Assembly (NCBI GenBank): GCA_034417895.1
Contig: DAOULT010000051.1
Coordinates: forward strand, 4,996-68,995
Origin: Anaerolineae bacterium
Lineage (GTDB): Bacteria; Chloroflexota; Anaerolineae; CAZYHC01
Reading direction: 5' to 3'
Length of the DNA stretch: 64,000 nt
Position 1 is the first letter of the stretch, and every line of letters begins with the position of its first letter. The notes under the pieces are model-generated. The model was not told where the DNA came from. It was given only the letters and a program-made list of their open reading frames with translations, and searched no databases. Positions 45,395 through 54,928 of the stretch are shown in pieces. Position numbers and translations under genes: made by a program.

Positions 45395-48288
45395 AGCCCG
45401 GCTCCTTCCACTTCTATTTCGCTCAACTGGATGGCGTCTCGTCCGTCGGGGGTAGCCAGCCGTTGACCGCTTACGGCTTCGTACAGGCCGACTTCGAGCC
45501 TGTAACGACCGGGCGGCGCGTCGGACCTGATTTCCAGCCGGTAGTCGTCGGCGATGATTTCGTCCTGCACCCAACTGGTGGTGGGGAAAATCGGCGGGCG
45601 GTCCCGCTGGCCCCAGATGCGGCCCGATTGATCCAGCAGATGCACAAAAACGGTGTAACTGGTATCTGTCTCGCCTGGCGCCCGCCAGTAAAGCCGCAGG
45701 TTCAAAGTCTGGCCTGCTTTCAAGTTCGTCTCTTCTGTTTCGTAGCCCAAAAGCTCCGCCACTCCGCCCAGGTTCGCCCGCACGGGGTGAGCCACAGAGG
45801 GCGGCTCGAAGTTTCTGGGCCGCTCCCGCACCGTGACCGCGCCCAGCGTGGCCTGGCCTTTTTCCTCTTGAACGACTGAAGTCGTTACTACGCCTGCCCC
45901 CAGCAGGGCCACCGTCAACTGGTAATCCCCGCCCGGCAGGCGCCCGCTGACGACCATCTCCTGGCGGTCGCGCACTATCTCCCCTTTCTGCCAGGCGGTG
46001 GTGGGGTAGCGGGGACTGTTCAGCTTTTCGGCCCACACCTGGCCCGACCCGTCCAGGAAGCGCAGGGCTACGGTGTAGTCGCCCTTTACGTCTGTTTCGG
46101 CCCGCCAGTAGAGGACCGGGGCAAGTATTTCGCCGCCCTGAATTTCGCCGCCTTCGAAGTCGTGGCCTAGCAAGGTGATTTCGTCTCCCATTTTCTGCTC
46201 CAGGGCGTACCGCATCGTCAGCTCGTCCGCTGGCGGGAAGGCTTTCGGCCTGACTACCGCCAGGCGGCCCAGCGCCAGGTCGTGGCCCACTCCGGCCTCG
46301 CCCACCGCCTCCAGGGTGCGGCCCGTCTGGAAAGAGTACAGCCCGGCGTGCAAAGTGTACTCTCCCGGCGGAGTGCCCGGCAAAACCTGTAAGTCGTACT
46401 CGTCCACGATGAACGTACCTGGCTGCCAGCGGTCTGTGGCCCAGTAGCCCATCACCGGCAGGCGGTCCACCTGTCCCCAGGGGTGGCCTTCTTCGTCTGC
46501 CAGCCGCAGGTAGACGTTGTAACTTTCGCCCATTTCGGCCAAAGCCTGCCAGTAAAGCGTGACGTGACATTCCCCGCCCGACTCCACCCTGTCCGGGCGC
46601 AAATCGTAGCCTGAAAGTCGCGCCTGTTCGCCGAAGAAGCCGCTTACGGGGTGCGCTATCTGCGCTGGCGGCTCGAACCCGACCACCGGCCCCCGGTAAA
46701 TCCAGGCGTAGTCTATCCCGGCCAGGCGCACCACATGCTCAGCCTGTCGCCCCTGGAAGTAGTCCACCAGCCCGGCCAGAGGCAGGCCGCGTTGGGTCTG
46801 GTTGAGGTAGAAAACGGCGTAGTCCGCGCCCAGGGTTGGCTCGGCGTCGAACAGGTCTACCGTCCGCCCCCGGAAGAAAGGCTCAAACTGGCGGCTGTAC
46901 CAGGCGGCCACCTCCAGCTTCTCGGCCTCTGGTTTGGCGTTCAGGTAGCGGGCCGCCTCGTCCAGTCCCTCGCCCCAGCCGACCGATAGCGCCCAGGGAG
47001 CCAGCCGCCCGCCGCCGACCAGCGGATCGTAGTAAGTGATATAATACGGGAAATGCGGCAGGGCAAAAGCGGCCTGTAAAACCAGGGCGAAGCCACAGAG
47101 TACACCGAGAACACGGAGAGATTTGGCCTTAATCTCTGTGCCCTCTGTGGCTATAAAAAGGTGCCACAGCCCGAAAGCGGCCAGCACGTCCACCGCCGGA
47201 AAAATGGGCAAAAGGTAGCGGTCGCCTTTTTTGTGTCCCACCGTCACCAGCAGAGCGAAGCCCAGGGCGTAAAGCAACAGGGACAGTATGGCCCTTCGAC
47301 TTTCCCCCGCCCGGTTTCTGATCCACAGGAACAGGGCCGCCGCCAGCCCCAACAAAACCGGCGGCGTGCTCCTGAAAAGGAAGCTCACCGGGTAGAAAAG
47401 CGGGCCGGGGTCGGCTCTGGCCTGGCCGAAGAGAAAGGTGCCTTTGGCGTGGGGGGCGAAGGTGGCCGCCCTGGCGATGTCCCACACCGCTTTGATCGCT
47501 CCCAAAGGATCGACCCACAGCACCGGCCACAGAGCCAGCGCCACCAGAGCGGCTGCCAGGCTCCAGATCACGAACTGGCGAAGGCTTGAGCGCCCGCGAT
47601 GAATCAAAGCAACCACGCCCCAGAAGGGCAGGAGAAAAACGGCGGTCGATTTGGTCAAAAAGGCCAGCCCTGCGCACAGCCCCGAAAACACCAGGTAAAA
47701 CAACGAACGGAACAACGTAGAAAGACCCTTTGGGTTTTCAAAATCCAAAGGGTCTGCCAAATGAACGAGCAGGCTCAAAGCCGAAGCGATCATAAAAGTC
47801 GCCACCAGAGCGTCGTGATGAATGAAGCGCGAATGGGCCAGGTAAAAAGGGTCGAAGGCCAGCAGGAGGGCGGCGGCCACCCCCACCCCGGCTCCGAAAA
47901 GCTCCCGGCTCAGCCAGTAAACGGCCACCACGCACAGGGCGGCCAGCAAAACAGTCGGCATCCGCACGGCGGGCATCAGCTCAGGCGGGGCCGGATAGGG
48001 TATGGAATCCAGGAACTCCGCCAGGGGCAGGCCGCGCTGCCAGGCGTAAAGCGTAAGCCCGATGGCCCCTGTCCAGCGGGTGGTCACGGCTGGCCCGGCC
48101 CAACCCGGAAAGCTTTCGGCCAGGTTTCCACGCAGCAGAGCGGCCAGGAATTGGCCTGACCATTGCACCCAGTCCAGCTCGTCGCCGGTCAGAAAGAAGT
48201 CCAAGGCTAACGCTCGTGGCGCGAAGCCTAGCAGGAACAAAACGGCCATCAAAGCGCCTTCGCGCCTCCAATCGTTTCTTTCGCCCAT
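45391..48288 (-). CDS. GT-C fold membrane glycosyltransferase (GT39-like, GDELDWVQW motif) with three C-terminal repeat-domain copies (cluster gene b, paralog of 52088..54928).
   Basis: Start trimmed to ATG 48288 (MGERNDWRREGALMAVLFLLGFAPRALALDFFLTGDELDWVQW...). An alternative is ATG 48249. Three LSGYDL/LLGHDF/LLGYETE...LYW(Q/R)A repeat units. Confidence 0.7.
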   Translation of the reverse strand: MGERNDWRREGALMAVLFLLGFAPRALALDFFLTGDELDWVQWSGQFLAALLRGNLAESFPGWAGPAVTTRWTGAIGLTLYAWQRGLPLAEFLDSIPYPAPPELMPAVRMPTVLLAALCVVAVYWLSRELFGAGVGVAAALLLAFDPFYLAHSRFIHHDALVATFMIASALSLLVHLADPLDFENPKGLSTLFRSLFYLVFSGLCAGLAFLTKSTAVFLLPFWGVVALIHRGRSSLRQFVIWSLAAALVALALWPVLWVDPLGAIKAVWDIARAATFAPHAKGTFLFGQARADPGPLFYPVSFLFRSTPPVLLGLAAALFLWIRNRAGESRRAILSLLLYALGFALLVTVGHKKGDRYLLPIFPAVDVLAAFGLWHLFIATEGTEIKAKSLRVLGVLCGFALVLQAAFALPHFPYYITYYDPLVGGGRLAPWALSVGWGEGLDEAARYLNAKPEAEKLEVAAWYSRQFEPFFRGRTVDLFDAEPTLGADYAVFYLNQTQRGLPLAGLVDYFQGRQAEHVVRLAGIDYAWIYRGPVVGFEPPAQIAHPVSGFFGEQARLSGYDLRPDRVESGGECHVTLYWQALAEMGESYNVYLRLADEEGHPWGQVDRLPVMGYWATDRWQPGTFIVDEYDLQVLPGTPPGEYTLHAGLYSFQTGRTLEAVGEAGVGHDLALGRLAVVRPKAFPPADELTMRYALEQKMGDEITLLGHDFEGGEIQGGEILAPVLYWRAETDVKGDYTVALRFLDGSGQVWAEKLNSPRYPTTAWQKGEIVRDRQEMVVSGRLPGGDYQLTVALLGAGVVTTSVVQEEKGQATLGAVTVRERPRNFEPPSVAHPVRANLGGVAELLGYETEETNLKAGQTLNLRLYWRAPGETDTSYTVFVHLLDQSGRIWGQRDRPPIFPTTSWVQDEIIADDYRLEIRSDAPPGRYRLEVGLYEAVSGQRLATPDGRDAIQLSEIEVEGAGL

Positions 48289-48316
48289 TGGCGTCGTTCG
48301 TCTTGTCCGTTGCGCG

Positions 48317-50188
48317 CTATTGTGGCTCAAGCGTGACTTCTCCCAAAAGGATCTGGTCGTTGCCCAATCTTTCGCCCGTATGCGGCGAATACAGCCCCAC
48401 CGCCAGCCGGTAACGGCCTGGCGCAAGCTCTTCCCCGAAGGGCAAAAAGTGGCGGTCGGGGATGATTTCGCCCGGCCTCCAGGCGGTGGTGGGCAAAAGC
48501 CCGTGCAGAGGTGGGCCATCGGCCTGCGCCCGCACCTGGGGCGCGTCGTCGAGCAGGTGGACGAAAACGGTGTAATCAGCGTCCATTTCGGCCCTGGCCT
48601 GCCAGTAAAGCGTAAGTTCCAAAAGGCCGGATTCCTGCTCCAAATCGTAGCCCAAAAGCCGCGCCACTCCCCCCAGGTCGGCCCTCAGAGGGTGTTGAAT
48701 CTCGTCCGCCGAGGGGCGGAGGGCGTAGAAGATGCGGCGCTGGTCGTCGTAGACGCGCTGAATCAGGTAGTTTTCTTCCGCCCAGGCCAGGTAATCCGGC
48801 AACAGGAGCAGAAAGCGCCCACTCCAGGAAATGACCACCGGGGGGCGATATTCTTCCGTCTGGGCCAGAAGCTCCTCGACGGTCAGATACCCGCTCTTGA
48901 TTAGCACGATGGAAGTGTCGGCCAGGGAAGGCGGCGTATGCCGGCCGGCGCCAAAGACCAACATCTGGTCGTCGCTGATGATCCAATCGTGGGCGGTGGT
49001 GATCTTTTGCAGCCAGGCGACCGCGTCTTGCTCCCGGCCACCCTGCGGCGCGGCAGAGGCTTCGAGGTTGGCTTGTATCGTGGCCGGCAGGCTCCACAGG
49101 TAAAACGCCAGAGCGCCCAGCCCCAACCAGGCCAGTGGTGTTTTGCGCCGGGCGAGGTCGGTCAGGTGGCTCGCCATCTGGCCGAACGCTCCTCCGGCCA
49201 GGATAGCCAGCGGCGGCAAAAATACGGTCAGTTGATGGTCACGCAGGGGCGTATGTACCATCATGGTCGTAACCGCCAGTAGAAGCCAGACCGCAGCCCA
49301 CCAGATTGGCCGCGATTTTCTTAACCCCAGGGCCAGCCCGCCGTAAAGGGCCAGGATCACCAGCCCCCGGTGGGTCAGAAAATACTCGGCGATGCATCGC
49401 CCGTTTTGGAGAGGATTCAGAGGATAGGCTTCTCTGACCTGCCAGCGGAAGGCTACCACCTGCTCGTACATGGCCCGGCTGTCGAGGCTCAGAAGGCAGA
49501 GCAGCAAGGGCAGAGCCAGACCCAGCCCGAAAACGAGCAGATCCAGCGCTGTCTTCTGCCCTCTCCTCTCCTCCGAAAAGCGATGCCAGATGACGATCAG
49601 GGTCACCAGGAACACGGCGAAAGGGGAAAGCACTTTGATCAGCAGGCCAGCCGCCAAGCTCAGCCCTGATAGCGCCAGCCAGCTTCTCTGGCCCCGCCGA
49701 CAGTAGTAAAAAGCAAGGAGAATGGAAAATGCCCCCAACCCTACAGCGGGCACGTCGCCCAGGCAGGCCCTTGAGTAGAGAAAGAAGTCCGGGGTGATAG
49801 AAAGCAGGATCACGGCGGTGATGGCAGCCACACGCCCTGCTATCCTGCGGGCAATAAGCCCCACGGCCAGAAGGCCGGACATCGAATAGAGGACGATGAT
49901 CGTCCGCGCCGCCGCCGTCGTCGTGCCCAAAACCCTGAAAGCCAGGGCAATGGAAGCGATGAAGAGCGGGGCAGACAAAGAGAAAACGTCGGCGTATAGA
50001 CGCTGCCCGGAGTTCATCAGCCGGGCCAGCATTATGTGTGTTCCCTCATCGTTTTCCCAGCCAAAGCCCTCCAGGCCATGTAGCCGCACGACCAGAGACA
50101 AAGCCAGGATGCCGAGCAAAGCGACCCGGTAGATCAACTCGGCCCGCTCCATGCTTGTGGCCTCAGCGTCATTCCTTCCAGCGGCCAT
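48317..50188 (-). CDS. GT-C fold membrane glycosyltransferase (ArnT/GT83-GT39-like) with one C-terminal repeat domain (cluster gene c, paralog of 50189..52084).
   Basis: MAAGRNDAEATSMERAELIYRVALLGILALSLVVRLHGLEGFGWENDEGTHIMLARLMNSG... polytopic. C-terminal IQHPLRADLGGVARLLGYDLEQESGLLELTLYWQARAEMDADYTVFVHLLD...PGRYRLAVGLYSPHTGERL. Confidence 0.75.
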   Translation of the reverse strand: MAAGRNDAEATSMERAELIYRVALLGILALSLVVRLHGLEGFGWENDEGTHIMLARLMNSGQRLYADVFSLSAPLFIASIALAFRVLGTTTAAARTIIVLYSMSGLLAVGLIARRIAGRVAAITAVILLSITPDFFLYSRACLGDVPAVGLGAFSILLAFYYCRRGQRSWLALSGLSLAAGLLIKVLSPFAVFLVTLIVIWHRFSEERRGQKTALDLLVFGLGLALPLLLCLLSLDSRAMYEQVVAFRWQVREAYPLNPLQNGRCIAEYFLTHRGLVILALYGGLALGLRKSRPIWWAAVWLLLAVTTMMVHTPLRDHQLTVFLPPLAILAGGAFGQMASHLTDLARRKTPLAWLGLGALAFYLWSLPATIQANLEASAAPQGGREQDAVAWLQKITTAHDWIISDDQMLVFGAGRHTPPSLADTSIVLIKSGYLTVEELLAQTEEYRPPVVISWSGRFLLLLPDYLAWAEENYLIQRVYDDQRRIFYALRPSADEIQHPLRADLGGVARLLGYDLEQESGLLELTLYWQARAEMDADYTVFVHLLDDAPQVRAQADGPPLHGLLPTTAWRPGEIIPDRHFLPFGEELAPGRYRLAVGLYSPHTGERLGNDQILLGEVTLEPQ

Positions 50189-52084
50189 TCAATACCCTTC
50201 TCCCAGTGCGATTTCGCATAGTGATATACTATCGCCCTCAGCCCCATCAAGAACGGGCAGCCTTTCCATAGTCGAGAGCGAATACAGACCAACCGCCAAC
50301 CGATAACGGCCCGGCGGCAGTTCCGGCAGCAAATGCGGGTCGGGGACGATTTCGCCTGCCGGCCAGGCGCTGGTGGGCAAAAATCCCTGCCAGGGCTGGC
50401 TGTCCGCCTGTTCCCGGAGATTGCCGCTTTCGTCCAGCAGGTGCACGAAAACGGTGTAATCTTCCTGCATCTCGGTCTGGGCCTGCCAGTAAAGCGTCAG
50501 CCTGTGCTTATCTTCCAATTTATAGCCCCGCAGCCTGACCAGGTTCCCTAAATTGGCTTCCCGGCGGTGCTCGATCTCTTCGGCGGCGGCTTTGCGGGCG
50601 TAGTAAATGCGGTGCTGGTCGTCGTAGAACTGCCGCCCCAGGTAGTTTTCTTCCACCCAGGCCACGTAATCGGGCAGCCAGGCGAAACGCTCCCGCCAGG
50701 CCACGACCAGCGGGCAATCGTAGGCGGCAGTCAGCTCGATCAGGCGCTCGTCCGTCTGAAAGCCGGAGCGGATCGCCATGACCGACACGTCCCCGAAAGG
50801 CGGCGGAACGAGCCGCCCGGCCCGGAAAAGCAGCATCAGGTCGTCGCTGGCTACGAAATCCCCGGCCTCGGTCGTCTGTTGGATGAACTCCACGGCGGCC
50901 AGCTCCCGGCCTCCCGGCGAAGCGGCCAGGAGAGCGTTGTTTTCGGCGACGTGGCCCGGCACCTGGGCCAGATAGACCAGGCAGGCCCCCAGCCCGACGG
51001 CCAGAAAAGCCATCTCTTTCGGCCCTGCTATGAAACCCAAAAACCAGGCGTCCCTGGAAACTCCCAGTAGATGAGCGACTGCGACCCCGGCCAGGATAGC
51101 CAGCGGCGGAAGCAGGGCCACTAGGTGATGATACCACAGCGGGGTGTGAATCATCGCCGTCGCTAAAGCCAGGGCCAGCCAGGCCAAAACCCACCGCTCT
51201 CGCCGCTTGAGGGCTGTGACCAGCCCCCCGTAAGCAGCCAGCACGATCAGCCCGGCGTTTCTGGCGGCGAATTCGGCCACCCGCTGCCAGTTTTGGGCCA
51301 GGTCGAGCGGGTAGGCCAGGCGGGCGTTTTGTCTGATGAGCACCACCTGCTCGTACATCGCTCCGGTATCGTAGAAAAACAGGCAAAGCAATACGGGCAA
51401 AACCAGGCATAGCCCCAGCAAAATCAAAGCTATCGCAACTCTACGCCACCTGTCAAGATCGAGTCGCGCCCGGATGACAAACCAGACGGTAAGCAGGGCG
51501 ACGAAAGGGGATAACATTTTCATTAGAAAGCTGGCCGCGGTTATCAGTCCGGCCAGAACCAGCCACACCAGGCGGCCTGAATCCCGGTAACGTAAAGCCA
51601 ATAAAACGGCAAGCGCGGCCAAAGCGAGAGAAGGCACGTCTCCGGTGCACGTCCTGGAGTACTGGAAGAAAAGCGGGGCGAAGGAAAGCACGCACGTTCC
51701 GACCAGCCCGGCCAGGTCGCCCCAGGCGCGGCGGGCGAGCAGACTCACCACAAGCAGCAAAAGCACCGCCAGCCCCAAGATCATCGCTCTGGCCGCCACC
51801 ACGTATAAGCCCAGTACCTTGAGGACCGCGGCGATGGAAACGATGAAAAGGGGCGGCGTCGTGACCCGCACCTGGCTGTACAACCGATAGCCGACACTCA
51901 CCAAAGCGCCCCACGTCAGGTACGCGCCCTCGTCGTAGCCCTGGGCGAAGCTATCCAGGTTATTCAGCCGCCACAACAGGGAGAGGGCCAGCACGCCCGC
52001 CACAATCGGCCAGTAATAGCCCGGCCATCCTGGCCGATCCCGCCGGGAAAAGGTCTGTTCGCCATTCATTTTCCCCTCTCCCAT
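50189..52084 (-). CDS. GT-C fold membrane glycosyltransferase with one C-terminal repeat domain (cluster gene d).
   Basis: Paralog of gene c (RLNNLDSFAQGYDEGAYLTWGALVSVGYRLYSQV..., C-terminal RLRGYKLEDKHRLTLYWQAQTEMQEDYTVFVHLLDESGNLREQADSQPWQGFLPTSAWPAGEIVPD...PGRYRLAVGLYS). Its stop abuts the start of gene c. Confidence 0.75.
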   Translation of the reverse strand: MGEGKMNGEQTFSRRDRPGWPGYYWPIVAGVLALSLLWRLNNLDSFAQGYDEGAYLTWGALVSVGYRLYSQVRVTTPPLFIVSIAAVLKVLGLYVVAARAMILGLAVLLLLVVSLLARRAWGDLAGLVGTCVLSFAPLFFQYSRTCTGDVPSLALAALAVLLALRYRDSGRLVWLVLAGLITAASFLMKMLSPFVALLTVWFVIRARLDLDRWRRVAIALILLGLCLVLPVLLCLFFYDTGAMYEQVVLIRQNARLAYPLDLAQNWQRVAEFAARNAGLIVLAAYGGLVTALKRRERWVLAWLALALATAMIHTPLWYHHLVALLPPLAILAGVAVAHLLGVSRDAWFLGFIAGPKEMAFLAVGLGACLVYLAQVPGHVAENNALLAASPGGRELAAVEFIQQTTEAGDFVASDDLMLLFRAGRLVPPPFGDVSVMAIRSGFQTDERLIELTAAYDCPLVVAWRERFAWLPDYVAWVEENYLGRQFYDDQHRIYYARKAAAEEIEHRREANLGNLVRLRGYKLEDKHRLTLYWQAQTEMQEDYTVFVHLLDESGNLREQADSQPWQGFLPTSAWPAGEIVPDPHLLPELPPGRYRLAVGLYSLSTMERLPVLDGAEGDSISLCEIALGEGY

Positions 52085-52087
52085 TCC

Positions 52088-54928
52088 CTATTCCCCACTC
52101 CCTATTTCCACCTCTTCCAGTATAATCCGGTCATCTTGCGCCCCGCCCAAAACAGGCAGCCGTTCCCCGCTGAGCACTTCGTACAGGCCGACGGCCAGGG
52201 TATAGCGGCCCGCCGCAGGCGCCGCCACCTCCCGCGCCTCAATGACCACCTCTCCGACCGACCAGCCAGTGGTGGGCAGCGGCGGCGGGCCATCCTGCTG
52301 AGCCTGAATCTGGCCTTTTTCGTCCAGGAGGTGCACGAAGACGGTGTAAGCAGTTTCCATTTCAGAGAGAGCCTGCCAGTAAAGCGTCAACTGCACGGTC
52401 CTTGCCGGTTGTACCTCCAGGTCGTAGCCCAATAGCGCGACCAGGTTCCCCAGGTTGACTTTCAGCGGGTGTTGTGTGGGCGGCGCTTCAAAAAGCCTCT
52501 CCCGGCTCTGCACCTCCACCCGGCCCAAAGCGACAGGCCCCGATCTTTCCCCCGTCCGACCGTCCGCCAAAGCAATCATCAGGCGATACGCCCCGCCGGG
52601 CACACCGCCAGACACCAGGAAGTCCCGCACGTCGCGCCCGATTTCCCCTTTCTGGCCGGGGAGGGTGGGGCGTTCCTGCCGTTCGCCCCACGACCGGCCT
52701 TCTTCGTCTTCCAGCCACAGGGCGAGCAGGTAGTCCCCTTGCACCTGGCGCCTGGCCCGCCAGTAGAGGGTCAGGGGCAAACGCTGGCCAGAGGAGGCCG
52801 CACCGCCCTCGAAGTCGTAGCCTAGCAGTTCGATTTCGGCGTTCAGGCTGTTTTCCAACTGGTGTTGCATAGCCAGTTCTGCGAGCGTGGGTGGGGAGGA
52901 TGGCTTTGTGACGGTCACCATTCCCGGCGTAAGCCCTCCGCCGAAGCCGGGGCGCGCTCCCCCGTGAAGCTCGGAAACGTTCAACACCCGCCCGCTACCG
53001 TTCGCTGTTTGGAGCGAGTAAAGCCCTACTTCCAGCCGGTACTCTCCCGGCGGAGTGCCGGGCGGAATGAGCGGGGCGTACTCGTCGGTTATAAACATGC
53101 CCGCCCGCCAGTGCAGGGTGCGCCACAGCCCCAGCACCGGCCAGCGGTCCTGTGCGGCCCAGATGCGCCCCTGCTCGTCCACCAGCCGCAGGTAGACGTG
53201 GTAATCTTCCTCCAGGTCTGCCAGGCAGCGCCAATGTAGGGCCAGGCGCAATTTCTGGCCGGAGGCTGCTGGCTCCAGGTCGTAGCCGGAAAGCTCCACC
53301 CGTCCGTCGAAAACGCCGCCCGCGTGATAGCCAGCGACCGGCCCCGACCCAAAGCCGTAAACCGGCCCCCGGTAAAGCCAGGCGTAATCGATGCCCTTGG
53401 CCCGCACCACGTATTCGGGCCGCCGCAGGCCGAAATATTCGAGCAACTCCGCGCTCGGATAGCCGCGCTGAAGCTGGTTGACATAAAAAACGGTGTAGTC
53501 GGCTTTTAGAGCCGCGCCCTCTTGGGCCAGGCCGACGACCTGGCCTCGGAAAAAAGCGGCCAACTGGCGGCTGAACCAGGAAGCGGCCACCAGTCCACCG
53601 CCTGTCTCGTTCGCTGTTTCGTTCAGGTAGCGGCCCGCCTGGTCCAACCCCTCGCCCCAGCCGATCAATAGAGCCTGCCGCGCCAGATGCGTCCCTCCCA
53701 TAGCCGGATTGTAATAGCTCAGGTAATAGGGATAATGCGGCAGGCTGAGGCCGACCTGCACCAGCACGCAGCCAAAAGCGAACCCAACAGCGAACAAATG
53801 CGAGAGGTTCAGAACTGGCCGAAACTTCGAGCTTAGAGCCTCAAGCGATCTCCAGAGTCCCCACCCGGCCAGCAGGTGCAGCGTGGGGAAAACGGCCAGC
53901 AGGTAGCGGTCAAGCTTCTTGGCGCCGAGCGAAATGAAAATGGCGAAGAGCAGGACGTAAATCGCCAAAACGCCCAGGCTCCATTTTCTTTCCCTTTTTT
54001 CCCGTCGCCAGGCGAGCAAAGCGCCCGCCAGCCCCAACAGTACAGGCGGCGTGGCCCGAAATAGAAAAACGAGGGGATAAAACCCCAGGCCGGGGTCGTC
54101 CACGATGCGGCCCAGGAAATACTGCCGATGGCCGGCTTCGGCCAGGTCGAGCGAACCGCCCAAAGTCAGCCACAAAGTACCCAGCGGCCTGACCCACATG
54201 GCGGGCCAGACCAATCCCACCGCCAGAGCCATCGCCCCGCCAAAAATCGCCAGGCTCTTCACTGTCCGCTTCCGCCCTGCGATCAACATCCCGCAGCCAA
54301 AAGGGAGCAGAAACAAAGACGGAGACTTGCTCAAAAAGGCCAGTCCTGCCGTGACCCCCGACAGGGTGAGCCAGAACACCCCTTTTGCCCCATTATCAGC
54401 GCCATTTCGCAAATAGACGGCCAGGCTCAAAACGGAAACGGTGGCAAAGGTGGCCGCCAGAGCGTCTTGATGCAGGATGCGCGAGTGGGCCAGGTAAAAA
54501 GGGTCGAAAGCGGCCAGCAAGGCCCCCAGCAGCGCTGCCTTTTCCCCGACCAGCAGCCGACCCCACTGGTAGAGCAAAGCCACTCCCAGGGCAGTCACCA
54601 AGGCGATAGTCAGCCGCATGGCAGCCAGCGTTTCCGGGTTCACGGCTGGCGCAGAGTCCCGGCCCGTCAGCAGCAGCCCCAAAGCGCCGCTCCACATGGT
54701 GGTCACGCCGGGGTGAAAGGTCTGGGCGGTATCGGCCCAGCGTCCTTCTTGCAAAGCGGCCAGGAATTGGCTGGCCCATTGCACCCAGTCCGACTCGTCC
54801 CCGGCCATAAAAGCCGAAAGTCCCGCCAGACGCGGTGCCAGGGCTGCCAGGAAAACTAAACACGAATAAACGAATGGGCGAAGGCTGCTACCATCAACTG
54901 GCTTACCTTCATTTACGCCTTCACTCAA
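52088..54928 (-). CDS. GT-C fold membrane glycosyltransferase (GT39-like, GDESDWVQW) with three C-terminal repeat domains (cluster gene e).
   Basis: Paralog of gene b. The track start at 54928 is a TTG overlapping the upstream stop by 8 nt, and there is no in-frame ATG for 41 codons, so the start codon is uncertain. Repeat units LSGYDLEPAASGQKLRLALHW..., IELLGYDFEGGAASSGQRLPLTLYWRA..., VALLGYDLEVQPARTVQLTLYWQALSEMETAYTVFVHLLDEKGQIQAQQDGPP. Confidence 0.7.
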   Translation of the reverse strand: MSEGVNEGKPVDGSSLRPFVYSCLVFLAALAPRLAGLSAFMAGDESDWVQWASQFLAALQEGRWADTAQTFHPGVTTMWSGALGLLLTGRDSAPAVNPETLAAMRLTIALVTALGVALLYQWGRLLVGEKAALLGALLAAFDPFYLAHSRILHQDALAATFATVSVLSLAVYLRNGADNGAKGVFWLTLSGVTAGLAFLSKSPSLFLLPFGCGMLIAGRKRTVKSLAIFGGAMALAVGLVWPAMWVRPLGTLWLTLGGSLDLAEAGHRQYFLGRIVDDPGLGFYPLVFLFRATPPVLLGLAGALLAWRREKRERKWSLGVLAIYVLLFAIFISLGAKKLDRYLLAVFPTLHLLAGWGLWRSLEALSSKFRPVLNLSHLFAVGFAFGCVLVQVGLSLPHYPYYLSYYNPAMGGTHLARQALLIGWGEGLDQAGRYLNETANETGGGLVAASWFSRQLAAFFRGQVVGLAQEGAALKADYTVFYVNQLQRGYPSAELLEYFGLRRPEYVVRAKGIDYAWLYRGPVYGFGSGPVAGYHAGGVFDGRVELSGYDLEPAASGQKLRLALHWRCLADLEEDYHVYLRLVDEQGRIWAAQDRWPVLGLWRTLHWRAGMFITDEYAPLIPPGTPPGEYRLEVGLYSLQTANGSGRVLNVSELHGGARPGFGGGLTPGMVTVTKPSSPPTLAELAMQHQLENSLNAEIELLGYDFEGGAASSGQRLPLTLYWRARRQVQGDYLLALWLEDEEGRSWGERQERPTLPGQKGEIGRDVRDFLVSGGVPGGAYRLMIALADGRTGERSGPVALGRVEVQSRERLFEAPPTQHPLKVNLGNLVALLGYDLEVQPARTVQLTLYWQALSEMETAYTVFVHLLDEKGQIQAQQDGPPPLPTTGWSVGEVVIEAREVAAPAAGRYTLAVGLYEVLSGERLPVLGGAQDDRIILEEVEIGSGE

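Noticed and set aside
42515-46570. 1351-aa track ORF with a ~390-aa Arg/Pro/Gly-rich N-terminus.
   Set aside because: The N-terminal part is out-of-frame read-through across the upstream gene (45391..48288). The real gene starts at ATG 45394, with an ATGA overlap to the upstream stop.
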